Assembly (NCBI GenBank): GCA_964016885.1
Contig: OZ024741.1
Location: 69,192,001 to 69,256,000, forward strand
Direction of reading: 5' to 3'
Source of the DNA: Eledone cirrhosa
Taxonomy: Eukaryota
DNA length: 64,000 bases
The notes under the pieces were generated by a model. The model searched no databases and was not told the origin of the DNA. It saw only the letters and a list, made by a program, of their open reading frames with translations. Below are positions 33,819 through 45,269 of the stretch, in pieces. A program made the translations under genes and the position numbers. Within the stretch, counting starts at the first letter, position 1. Each line of letters starts with the position of its first letter.

Positions 33819-36165
33819 TCATCATCCTCATCACCGTTTTATGTCCGTTCTTTCACGCTAGCATGGGTTAGACGGGTTGTCCTGTTGTGGGCAGTGTCTG
33901 GTCGGCTGACCATGCCTTGCTCATACAGGAGCTGATTTGGCTTGATTTCTACAGCTGGATGCCCTTCCTAACACCAACCTCATTTACAGTGAGTGCTGGG
34001 TGCTTTTTCGTGGTGCCTACACGCCCACTTTACAGTGTGGGCTGGGTGCTTTTTTGCAGTGGCACCTCCACGACCACCTTTCAGTGGAGGGTGTGGGGGC
34101 ATATTGTCTATATGCTTCAGATTGTACCCATGGGAGGTCAGGTACTCTGTATTACTGCGTGACGCCAGAGGTCATGGTCGTGTGTCATCGCCTTTGAGAG
34201 GTGTAATTGGGTAAGGTCGGCTTTTATCACCTCATCCAAGGTCATCTTGGGTTTCCCCACTCCGCGGTTTCCATCGACTTCTAGTGCTCTTTATGCAGCT
34301 GTCATCCTTCATACGCATCACATGTCCATACCAACGCTACCGCCTCTCCTGCACACACCATTTGATTCCTCTTATTCTCAGTCTCTCTCAATTCATTTAT
34401 GCTTTGTCGTTCGCGTATATTACTACGTGTACACATCCACTGGAGCATGCAGGCTTCGTTTCTCTCTAATCTACGTAAGTCTTCCACCTTCAGTGCCCAG
34501 GTCTCATTACCATGCAACATCGCTGTTCGGATACACACATCATACAGTCTGCCTTTCATTTTGAGGGAGAAGCCTTTTGCAGCTAGCAGTGGTAGTAGTT
34601 CCCTAAACTTCTTCCATCCCGTTCTTACCCTAGTTATTGTACTTTCTGAACACCCACCTCCGCTGCTAATTCGGTCACCTAGGTAGCAGAAGCTGTCTAC
34701 TGTTTCTACAGGGCCCTCCCAGAGATTGGTGGTACTTGTTTCCTGTGGCTGTTTGCTGCTCGCTGTCTCAGCACAGCTGCTGCATGTGAATCCTACATTC
34801 TTAATTAAGCTTCCTAAGATCCCGCTACATCTCTTGTGTATCCATTGTTTGCATTTGGGGCAGAGAATGGAGTTCCTACCTACACCTTTCCTACATACTG
34901 AGCAAGGCCATTTCCCTGAGGGGATCTGGGTTCTGTCTTCTCGTCTACTTATAAGGACCTTAGTCTTTGTCATGTTGACTTTGAGACCCTTTCTTTCTAG
35001 TCCCTGCTTCCAAGTTTGGAATTTATTCTCTAGTTCTACCATAGATTCAGCTATGAGTGCGAGGTCATCAGCATACAGGAGTTCCCATGGGTATCCGGTC
35101 TTAAACTCCTCTGTTATTGCCTGCAGGACTATGATGAACAGGAGAGGGCTAAGAACAGAGCCCTGGTGGAACCCAACCTGTACGCTAAATTCCTCGCTAT
35201 ACTCATTGCTAATCCTAACTTTGCTGACTGCTCCCCTATACATGGCTTGTACCGCTTTCACAAGCCATTCATCTACTAGTTTTCTAAGAGCCCACCAGAT
35301 TACAGCACGTGGAACTCTGTCAAAGGCTTTCTCAAGATCGATGAATGCCAGGTAGAGTGGCTTACTTTTAGCCAGGTACTTTTCCTGTAACTGCCTCACA
35401 AGGAAGAGGGCATCAGTGGTGCCTCTTCCTGGTACAAACCCAAATTGCATCTCGTCTATTTTCACCCGGTCCCTAATCAGCTGTGCTATAACTCTTTCTG
35501 TTACTTTCATGACCTGGTCCATCAACTTTATACCTCTATAGTTTCCTCTATCTTGTGCATCGCCTTTACCTTTGTAGCAGTTGACAATGATGCTACTGCA
35601 CCAATCTTTTGGTATGGCACCTTCTAGTATTACCTGGTTAACGATACGTGTGGTTATAGTATGACCTACAGACCCAGATGCCTTCAACATCTCGGCAGCT
35701 ATACCTGATGGACCGGTTGCCTTCCCCATCTTCATATCTTTGATTGCCTTACTTACTACGCTGCTGCTGACTTGTACTGCTGGTCCCTCTATAGGGTCTA
35801 TTTGGGGTAGGGTCTCTTCTTCCCATGCATTCTCCTCATTTAGTAATCTATCATAATGACTCTTCCATGCATCTTTCTTCTCAGCACTTGTGAGGATACA
35901 CTTCTCTCCAATGACATCACAACTATCTCTGACACACTGCCTCGCAATCTTGAATACCTCCTGTTTCTGGTCCTCACGTTGCAAAACATGCTTGAATTTT
36001 CTATCCTCTGCTTCCCTCCTAGCTAAGTATACTTGTCGCCTAGCTTCCCTCTTGGTCTCTATGTAATTATACCCTGCTCCCCCCGTTCTTCCATTCTTTC
36101 CATGCCTGTCTCTTGGCCTTAACTGCTTCATCTACCTTATTGTTCCACCACCAAGTCACTCTGCC
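33819..36165 (-). mobile_element. RTE-clade LINE, 5'-truncated (linker, RT, 3' UTR); ORF remnant 34302-36131
   Basis: KATGPSGI, YKGKGD...NYRGIKL, QFGF, DLEKAFD, QGSVLSP, YADD; no endonuclease domain; nearly identical to 17125-18814 over 33819-35503. Confidence 0.97.
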
Positions 36166-36363
36166 TATGATTTTCAATTAATTTTGAAAATAATCAATTT
36201 GTAGGAATTTAGTAAAATAACTTTCTTGTTATCAAGCTGATGCTTGGAACATTACATAAAATCATAATTGTTTCTACAATGAAAGGTTTATAGATAAATA
36301 CGAACACTTAAAATAAGCAGCTTTTTAACATAGACAGTTCAGGGGCCTTGGTATCAAAAGAGC
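36166..36363 (-). mobile_element. Left part of a family B MITE abutting the RTE 5' end
   Basis: Minus strand reads CTCTTTTGATACCAAG...CAAAATTAATTGAAAATCATAGGCA, then RTE sequence begins. Confidence 0.75.
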
Positions 36364-36508
36364 TGTGATTCATGTGTAGTACATAATACATTGGGAATAT
36401 GCTGATACAAGAGGAAACAAACAAACAAATCACTAAAGGAACCTGTATGTGGTTGCTTGATATGCTAGAAATAACAGCAAATTTCTGTCAAATAACAACC
36501 TAACTATA

Positions 36509-36708
36509 TGAGAGTTGGCTGAAAAGTTTATAGACTGACCAAGATACTCTCATGGAATGACCAAATGAGCTTTATTTTTCAACACTGTCCCTGGAAATGG
36601 AAAGAAACAATGCAGTTATTAATAAGAGTTGAAATTAATGCATGCAAGATTTCATAGCTCTAGCATCACTCCTTCATAGTTAGCCTATGAATTTTTCAGC
36701 ACACCCAT
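36509..36708. mobile_element. Mariner-derived MITE nested in a family S3 repeat
   Basis: TA|TGAGAGTTGGCTGAAAAGTTTATAGACT ... AGCCTATGAATTTTTCAGCACACCCATG|TA; S3 continues on both sides. Confidence 0.8.
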
Positions 36709-36815
36709 GTATTAAAAAGGCGATGGGCACATTGGATACTGTAGTCTTAGATAAATAGTGTATGGCTAAAGACTGATGAAAAATTGACGAAGCCTTATCT
36801 CCCAATCAGAGGAGT

Positions 36816-37582
36816 AATAATAATTGTTTCTACTTTTGGCACAAGGCCAGCAATTACCCAGTACATTACTGATACTTTATTTTATCGACCCCGTAAGGAT
36901 GGAAGGCAAAGTTAACCTCGGCGGGATTTGAACTTAGGTCGTAACTATGCTGGAAAGCATGTCCAACCCTCTACCGATACTGCCAATTCACCAACCATGG
37001 CATAATTTGGAAGGAGAGGAAAGTCGATTAAATCGACCCCAGTACTTAACTGCTACTTTATTTTATCGACCCCAGAAGGATAATAGGCAGTATGTTGATC
37101 TCAACAGAATTTGAACTCAGAATGTAAAAATTTGACTAAATACCACAAAGAATTTTGTCTTCTAACAATCCATGATAATGGTTTCTGATATAGGCACAAA
37201 TCCAACAATTTTATTGGAGAGGAAAGCCAATTAAATCGACCCCAGTGCATTACTGGTGCTTTATTTTATCAACCTCATAAGGATGAAAGGCAAAGCTAAC
37301 CTTGGCAGGATTTGAGCTAAGAACGTAAAGGGACATAACTATGCTGCAAAGCATGGTGTCCGATGCTCTACTAATATTGCCAATCCACTTCCATAATAAT
37401 AATTGTTTCTACTTTTGGCACAAGGCCAGCAATTACCCAGTGCATTACTGGTACTTTATTTTATCGACCCCGTAAGGATGAAAGGCAAAGTTAACCTCGG
37501 CGAGATTTGAACTCAGAATGGAAAGGGCCGTAACTCTATGCGTCAAAGCATGGCGTCCGACCCTCCACCGATACTACCAATT
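36816..37582 (-). mobile_element. Cluster of four head-to-tail S1 SINEs
   Basis: S1 centres at about 36890, 37070, 37275 and 37470, all on the minus strand. Confidence 0.9.
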
Positions 37583-37803
37583 AATAATGATAGATACGAT
37601 GTCTAGAAAAAGAAGACAGGATGATCATGACTAGAGTGCCATTGATCATAGGTCTGCTCACTGAGGGTTTATTTAGAGCTAAACAAGAACAGATCACTTT
37701 ATTCCAGTTATACGTTTGTGATATGACACAGGGTCATAATTACAAATGGCTACCATGAAGGTAACAACATTATACATAAACACAGGCATAGCTGTGTGGT
37801 TAA

Positions 37804-38017
37804 CCCTTTAGCATTTAAACCAGCCATATCCGGCCATAATTCTCTCATTCTCACCTCTTTCTGTTCAAACGAGCCATAGCTGGCCATTTATGCAGACGTT
37901 AAGGTATTGTCCTCAAATTAAATAATATTAAAATCTCATAGATTCATTATGATGTAAGGTAAAACCTTAACCGCGAAAATACAATAGTATATATGGAGTA
38001 ATGTAAATGCTAAAGGG
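37804..38017. mobile_element. piggyBac-like MITE family A, complete, inserted in an S4 SINE A-box
   Basis: TTAA|CCCTTTAGCATT ... AATGCTAAAGGG|TTAA; removing it restores GGCATAGCTGTGTGGTTAAGGAGTTT, the SINE head (about 37784-38160). Confidence 0.9.
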
Positions 38018-38657
38018 TTAAGGAGTTTATATTGCAACTGTATGGCTCTGGACTCAGTCTGGCTACACAGTACCTTGGGTAAGGGTCAACTACTATAGCA
38101 TTGGGTTGACCGATGCTTTGGGAATGGAATTTGGTTAACAGAAACTGCTGAAGCCTGCCATATATGTGTATCTGTGTGGTTTTTTCATAATGTAGCAGTT
38201 CAGCAAGAAATGTTCCAGACTGGGGTCGATATGATCAACTAAATCAAGATGGTGACCCAGTGTGTCTGCTGTCAAATGACTGAAATGAAAAAAGAAAAAA
38301 ATAGAATATTACATTAACCTTATAACAGCCACTATAATTAATTCTTGTTTCAAAAACTACACTCTTATGGGAATAAAACAACAAAATTAAAAGCTTGGAC
38401 AGTCTCTTAGGAGTCTTTGTTTGATACAAGAACAACAGTATTGCTACCAAGCAATCATGGCTGCTGTAAATTTTTCAGTCATACTTTTAGGCACGCATGC
38501 ACAGACACAAACAGACAGAGATGTATATTAATAATTTAGATATTACAGGTTTATAATAGCAATGCAGCTAGTCATTGTACTTTTTTTTAAACATTTATTT
38601 TAATCATGAATAAATTATGTGATAATAATAAGAATGTAGTCAAAATGCTGTGTGTGA

Positions 38658-38719
<62 letters not shown>

Positions 38720-39026
38720 TCACACACACACAGAGAAAGAATTTTTGTCTAAAAAATTCAAGTAATGAAAATATTACAAGGGAACTCTTGGAGCCAGTTC
38801 TTGGCTCTAATTTTATGACAGTAAATGGATAATTGATGACTCACTCCTGGGATAGGTTACTACATTAAACCTACGGTCAGCCATATTGGAAGGGGGCATC
38901 GTACCCATGTAAATTATTTAATCCAGTACTGTACCATGTTTGTTATTCTATAATGTTAAAAATAGAAAAAATTCCTATCTATTTTGTCAAATTATAAATT
39001 GTCATAATTAAAAATTTGAAATTAAA

Positions 39027-39096
39027 TATTAACTTGTTTGTTTCTTTTTTTTTTTTATAGGTAAGTTACTCTGAGTTTCATACTTCATGGGTAAGA
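39027..39096 (+). other. Candidate recursive splice site (AG|GTAAGT at 39060/39061) with 30-nt RS-exon or microexon 39061-39090
   Basis: Branch-like TTAAC 39029-39033, T-rich tract, TAG at 39058-39060 immediately followed by GTAAGT, second donor GG|GTAAGA at 39091. Confidence 0.6.
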
Positions 39097-39126
39097 AAAC
39101 CTTTTCATTTAAGTATTGTTGACATA

Positions 39127-39338
39127 CCATATATACTTTAATATAATATAAGCTGGGACCCCCCCCCCCCCCCCCCCCCCATTTTATGTCTGAGAAATGG
39201 GCAAAAATCCAAAACCCATTTATAATCTGAGGCAGCTAATCAACACATTTAGATGGCAAATATAAGCTTCCCTCCCATTTTACCATAAATTTTTTGGGGG
39301 GGTTACATATTCTCCACCTTATATTCAAGTATATATGG
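39127..39338. mobile_element. pogo/Tc2-like MITE
   Basis: TA|CCATATATACTT..AATATAAG ... CTTATATTCAAGTATATATGG|TA; partial second copy at about 47365-47510. Confidence 0.7.
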
Positions 39339-39404
39339 TACTTTTTTTATTTCTTTCAAGTTGGTTTCGATTTAGTGTAAGTGAATTGGAAGAGTCTTTT
39401 TTTC

Positions 39405-39620
39405 TTCTTTGTCTCAGTTTTCACAACACCGATTTTCATTCCAGCCATGCAGTAGCAATCGACATCAAACCTATTGAGTGTAAGCCGGAGATCACTTTTT
39501 GTTGAGTTAAGTAACACCATGTCGTCTGTAAATTCCAGCTGACTGATTTTATACCGGTCAGTCGTGATACCACTTCCAACCCAGTTGCACATGTCAATAA
39601 TTGAACAGGAGACATGGCAG
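39405..39620 (-). mobile_element. Old LINE RT fragment
   Basis: ISQLEFTDDMVLL...LNRF...GMKIGVVKTE resembles RT motifs (F/Y)ADD and GMKI..KT. Confidence 0.65.
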
Positions 39621-39790
39621 TATGCACCCTTGGTGGAGTCTGATTCCCACATTGAATGGTTTTGATTTAACACCATTTATCAGAATACAAATACTTCTCT
39701 TGCAGTTGCCTCGCAAGAAGAGAGCATCTGTAGTATTTTTTCCTGGTAGAAATCCAAACTACATCTCATCTAGGTTAATTCAATCCTTAA

Positions 39791-40011
39791 CTCTTTAGCA
39801 TTTACATTACTCTATATATACTATTATATTTTCATGGTAAAGGCTTTACCTAACATAATTATCTCACATAATATCGGATCTATGAGATTTTGATTTTATT
39901 TATTTTGAGAACAATACCTTAATGTTAGTATGAGTGACTGGTTATAGCCAGTTTGAACAGAAAGAGGTGAGAGAATTCTGGCCTGATATAGCCGGTTTAA
40001 ATGCTAAAGGT
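39791..40011. mobile_element. piggyBac-like MITE family A (opposite orientation)
   Basis: TTAA|CTCTTTAGCATT ... AATGCTAAAGGT|TTAA. Confidence 0.85.
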
Positions 40012-40130
40012 TTAATCAGTTGTACAATGGTTCATTTGTGTATATGAATATATATGCATATGTGTGTGTATATATGTGTGTGTATATGAGTATATATGTG
40101 TGTGTACATATGAGTGTATATATATGTGTA

Positions 40131-40179
<49 letters not shown>

Positions 40180-41199
40180 TCACATATAAATATTTATACA
40201 TAAACACACACACAGACACCTATATATATATATATATATATATATCAGTTATGGTGTAGGTATTTGAAGAACAAACACTGATGTTGTTAGTTTCCAGAAC
40301 TAAACAAAAGACTTTAGGAAAATTTTGAAGAGATTAAGTTGCCTTGAAGTATCCGCTGACTCTTCTGTTTTTACTCAGCTTTTATTCACCATCTATTATT
40401 ACAATCACCACGGCAACACTAACTACTACTACCACTAATGCTGCTGCTGCTACTACTACTATACTACTAGTACTGCTACCACTACTAGCACCACTACTAC
40501 TAGTACTACTACCAGCACCACCACCACTACTACCAGCACCACCACCACCACTGCTGCTGCTGCTAGCGTCTTTTGATATTCTCTCAATTTTTTCTTTTTT
40601 GCTTTGTTACATATCTTTTAAAATAAAATAAACTCTGCCTGTGATCCAGATGTATACATAACACACAACCCAAGGTTTGTTTTTACACACACACACACAC
40701 ATGTACACTTGGACAGTAACACACATTTACTAACCTTCAGTAACTCTTCAAAGACTGCATCAATGGTATGAATATCAGTCTTAACCTTTCATTCACAATC
40801 AAATATTCACTGCTTGGCCCTTTCCACCCATTCCAGTAATTCTAATATATTTTCATCTCCAATTTAAGCACAAGGCCAGCAAAACTGAGGGAAAGGCAAA
40901 GTTCATCACTGATTAACGTTAATTTTCCATGCTAGCTTGGTTAGATGAGTTGTCCTGATCTTGTGAGACAAGTCAGATCAGGTGACTGCATCTTATTCAT
41001 ACAGAACTGTTTCTGGCTTGGTTTCTGTGGCTTGATGCACCTCCTAACACCAACATTAATTGAAATGTATAAGCATTGTCTTTCATTAGAAATATGGAAA
41101 AGAAAGGGTTAATGCCATTGTTCGGCTATGTGTCTCTTTAGTATAACCATTAAACTGGCTAGCTAGAGGACAAGCAGTTAGGTACTATCATATAGCAGG

Positions 41200-41480
41200 T
41201 TGTGAAGGAACGTGACCTAGTGGTAAGGGTGTTGGACTTACGATCATTATGCCATGGGTTTGATTCTTCGACTGGGTTATGTTTTCTTGAGCAAAACACT
41301 TCATTTCACATTGCTCCAGTATACTCAGTTGAAAATGAGTACCAGCAATAGCTCGAGGTTTTACCCTGTGATGGACTGGAGTCCTGTCCAGGAGGGAGTC
41401 TTGTACTCTCAGTTGCTTCACACCATGAAACCGGGATAAGTATTGGACTGATGAGCTTCTGGGTTCAAAACAGACTTTAG
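41200..41480 (+). mobile_element. CORE-like tRNA SINE with a different 3' half
   Basis: A-box TGACCTAGTGG, B-box-like GGTTTGATTC, CTTGAGCAAAACACTTCATTTCACATTGCTCCAG, then CCCTGTGATGGACTGG...GAAACCGGG. Confidence 0.75.
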
Positions 41481-41834
41481 AGATATAGGAGGTTGGCTAG
41501 CTGGCTGGTTCTACTGCTAATCAGCTGGTGCCAGGCTTTTCTTGGTGCTCTTTCCAATTGCTGTTCTTCAAAACATCTGCCTTGTTTATATTAATCTTTA
41601 GCATATCAGACTTAAATATCAAACCCACTTGTTTATTTAACAGACAGAAATCTCTTCACTTCAAAGGAAGTAAAAATAACAAAAAACAAAAACAAAATAA
41701 AAATCTTCCAGGTGATCCCCCTCCTTATCTATTATCTCCTCCTTTGAAAGTGGGGTGGGGCTAGGTGCGGAGAGGGATGAAAGGAATTTGTTAATGATAA
41801 GGATGATAATAATACTAATAATAGTAATAATAAT

Positions 41835-42436
41835 AATGGTTTCTAAACCAGCAATTTGTGGAGAGGATAAAGTTGATTATATCGGCATCAGTAGGTGACT
41901 GGTATTTTATTTTATCGACTCCGTAAGGATGAAAGGCAAAACTAACCATGGCGGGATTTGAACTCAGAATGCAAAGGGCTGTAGCACTATGTCGCAAAGC
42001 ATTTGTCCGATGCTCTACAGATACTGCCAATCTTAATAATGATTTCTAGGCCAATAATAGGTGACTAGTATTTTTATGGAAAGTGAAAGTCAATTAAATC
42101 GAGCCCCAGTGCATTACTGGTACTTTATTTTATCGACCCCGTAAGGATGAATGGCAAAGCTAACCTCGATAGGATTTGAACTCAGAACGTAAAGGGTCGT
42201 CACTTTATGCCAAGAAGCAGGGTGTCTGATGCTCTACTGTTATTGCCAATCCACCATCCTAATAATAATTGTTTCTACTTTTGGCACAAGGCCAGCAATT
42301 ACCCAGTGCATTACCGGTACTTTATTTTATCGACCCCGTAAGGATGAAAGGCAAAATTAACCTCGGTGGGATTTGAACTCAGAATGGCAAGGGCTGTAAC
42401 TCTATACGTCAAAGCATGGCGTCCGACACTGCCAAT
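41835..42436 (-). mobile_element. Cluster of three head-to-tail S1 SINEs, followed by an L1/Tx1-like 3' stub (about 42437-42500)
   Basis: Three S1 centres; the stub ATTTCATTTATTGGCCACAATGTAGGGGACAATACAAAGACA resembles 4297-4348. Confidence 0.85.
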
Positions 42437-42793
42437 AATGATTTCATTTATTGGCCACAATGTAGGGGACAATACAAAGACACAGACAGTGGGGGTATAA
42501 TGAAATAGTAGAGGAGAGAATGTCTCTTCCCTAGAAAATAACTTAGTTTTTCACTCTCCCTCTATATCTGACTATTCATATCTTCCTCTCTTTCGCTCTC
42601 CCTCACCAGTTACGACTGTTAATATTTTTTTTTATCGACCTTGAAACTATGAAAAGCAAAGTTGACCTCAACAGGATTTTAACTCGGAGTGCTGAGAATG
42701 GGAACATATACCATAAAACATTTTAGCTGACATTCTAACAACTCTGCCAATTTGTTGTCCTAGTCAATATATTTATAGAAGTAGTAATGTTAA

Positions 42794-43162
42794 CCCTTTT
42801 GCATTTTTACATAATTATCTCACATGATATTGAATCTACGAGATTTTGATATTATTTATTTTGAGAACAATACCTTAACATCAGTATGAATAGATGGTTA
42901 TGGCCGGTTTGAACAGGAGGAAGTGAAAGAATTCTGGCTGGATACGGCTGGTTTAAATGCTAAAGAGTTAAACTGGCTGTATCCGGCCAGAATTCTCTCA
43001 CCTTTTTCTGTTCAAACTGGCCATGACTGGCCACTCATACTGATGTTAAGGTATTGTTCTCGAAATAAATATCAAAATCTCATAGATTTGATATTATGTG
43101 AGATAAAGCCTTTACCGTGAAAATACAATAATATATATGAGAGTAATGTAAATGCTAAAGGG
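42794..43162. mobile_element. Head-to-head dimer of family A MITEs (palindromic composite)
   Basis: Outer TTAA|CCCTTTTGCATT and AATGCTAAAGGG|TTAA; inverted arms of about 140 bp around 42957-42967. Confidence 0.85.
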
Positions 43163-43574
43163 TTAAAGAATCCACAGAATAAATGTAGATGGTTGTATAA
43201 TTGTTGTATATTTGATTAATTGTATATTCATCACTAGCTAACAAGAGTATGTTGCAGATTATTTTGAAACTAGGACTTGTCATAAACTGATTGTTCACCT
43301 ATCCAGGGGGACTAATTTATCTCATTCACTTATGGTCTCTGAGAATCAACTGGAGTTAAGCTGTGACCTTTTCAGAGACATAAATAGAAAGATAGATAGA
43401 TAGAAAGCTAGAGAGAGATAGAAATAAAGGTAGGTAGGTAGATAGATTGATAGCTAGATAGAAAGATAGGTTGGGAGAGAGATTCAGGATGTCTCTAAAA
43501 GACATTTCCTTTTTTTTCATCTCTGTTAGTGATGATGTTGCTAACAGTTGGATAATTCATGCTCTCTATCATAA

Positions 43575-44518
43575 TCACCAGTAATCATCACTATTATCAT
43601 CATCATCACCATCACCATCACCATCACCACCACCATCACCACCACCATCACCACCACCATCACCACCACCATCACCACCACCACCACCACCACCACCATC
43701 ACCACCACCACCATCGCCATCATCACCATCATCACGATCATCACCATCATCACCACCACCATCATCATCATCACCATCATCATCACCATCATCACCACCA
43801 CCACCACCACCACCACCACCACCACCACCATCACCACCATCACCAGAACCATCGCCAACATCGCCACCACCACCACCATCACCATCACCACCACCACCAC
43901 CACCACCACCACCGCCACCACCACCATCACCACCATCACCACCACCATCATCATCATAACAACCATCATCACCACCACCATCACCACCACCACCATCACC
44001 ACCATCACCACCACCATCACCATTGCCATCATCACCATCATCACCACCATCATCACCATCGCCATCATCACCATCACCACCACCATCATCACTACCATCG
44101 CCATCATCACCACCACCATCACCATCATCACCACCACCACCATCACCACCACCACCATCACCACCATCACCAGAACCATCGCCAACATCGCCACCACCAT
44201 CACCACCACCACCACCACCACCATCACCACCGCCACCACCACCACCACCATCACCATCACCACCATCATCATCATAACAACCATCATCACCACCACCATC
44301 ACCACCATCACCACCACCATTGCCATCATCACCATCACCACCACCATCACCACCACCATCATCACTACCATCGCCATCATCACCACCACCATCACCACCA
44401 CCACCACCACCACCACCACCACCACTATCACCACCATCACCATCACCACCACCACTATCACCACCACCACCATCACCATCACCACCACCACTATCATCAT
44501 CACTATCATCACCACAAC
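43575..44518. repeat. (CAC/CAT)n tract with internal duplication of about 300 bp
   Basis: Marker CCAGAACCATCGCCAACATCGCC occurs at about 43842 and 44170. Confidence 0.95.
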
Positions 44519-44524
44519 TCCTGA

Positions 44525-44635
44525 AACAAATATGTGAATAGTCCTGCTGTACAGGAGTACTATGTGGATACTCACTAAACAACCCGAGAAGAAACTAGAT
44601 GGCACATAGCCAAGAATGCTCAAAGCTGCTTTAAG
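44525..44635 (+). mobile_element. Old RTE-like C-terminal fragment
   Basis: LLYRSTMWILTKQPEKKLDGT*PRMLKAAL resembles LLYG.E.W.LT...EK.LDG.YTRMLR.AL. Confidence 0.6.
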
Positions 44636-44869
44636 TAAGGGAAAGGAGGAGGAGGAAGCAGCAGACTCTACACCCTATGGGGCTCCTTCCTCTGGTGGGA
44701 TGCAAACCTCCCAAACAGCTGTTTAGGAACCAAGGACACCTAAGATCTCGGCAGCGGCCGACATTAACAACAAATAGTCAGATTTACTCTCAGGTCTTGA
44801 ATAATCGTCCCCCACCACTTATTAATTTTAAGGATCCCCCCCACCGCCGCTGTTATACCAACACCCCTG

Positions 44870-45040
44870 CTTATCAAATTTTGCTAATCTATCTCCAGCA
44901 AAATTTTATTGATTCATATTGATACAGCAGCTGGAAAAACTAATAATAATGTTATTTTACTTTACAAACACATTATATATGACAAAAAGAGAACATTACT
45001 AGAAATCCCATATTTACAAACGTACACTTTACAATTACTG
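44870..45040 (+). mobile_element. Possible decayed PLE GIY-YIG tail
   Basis: YLQQNFIDS / NNNVILLYKHIIYDKKRTLLE resembles the PLE remnant at 3278-3580. Confidence 0.35.
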
Positions 45041-45269
45041 CCCCCTCCCCCCGTTTATTCCACCCTCCATAAGATTTTAAGCAAATGTCCAAAACCCCAC
45101 TTATTCCATCCACCACCAATATTTGGGACCCAAGAGTACTCATATGGTGGGTGGGTGAAAAAATGACGAGATGGCAATTCAAAATGGAAGGGGAGTTGAG
45201 CAAGCCTGGGATTGCATGGGGAGGAATATAACCTGGGTTTCTGACAACCATAGCTCTACCATCATTGTT

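Noticed and set aside
34302-36131. Functional reverse transcriptase gene, retron or DGR
   Set aside because: 5'-truncated RTE LINE with no endonuclease, internal deletions and a C-terminal frameshift; no prokaryotic RT system context.
41446-41480. CTGATGAGC…GTTCAAAAC hammerhead-like motif
   Set aside because: Lacks GAAA and helices I and III; it is part of a SINE tail.
43541-44623. Poly-His, poly-Gly/Asp and Met/Val ORFs
   Set aside because: (CAC/CAT)n microsatellite.
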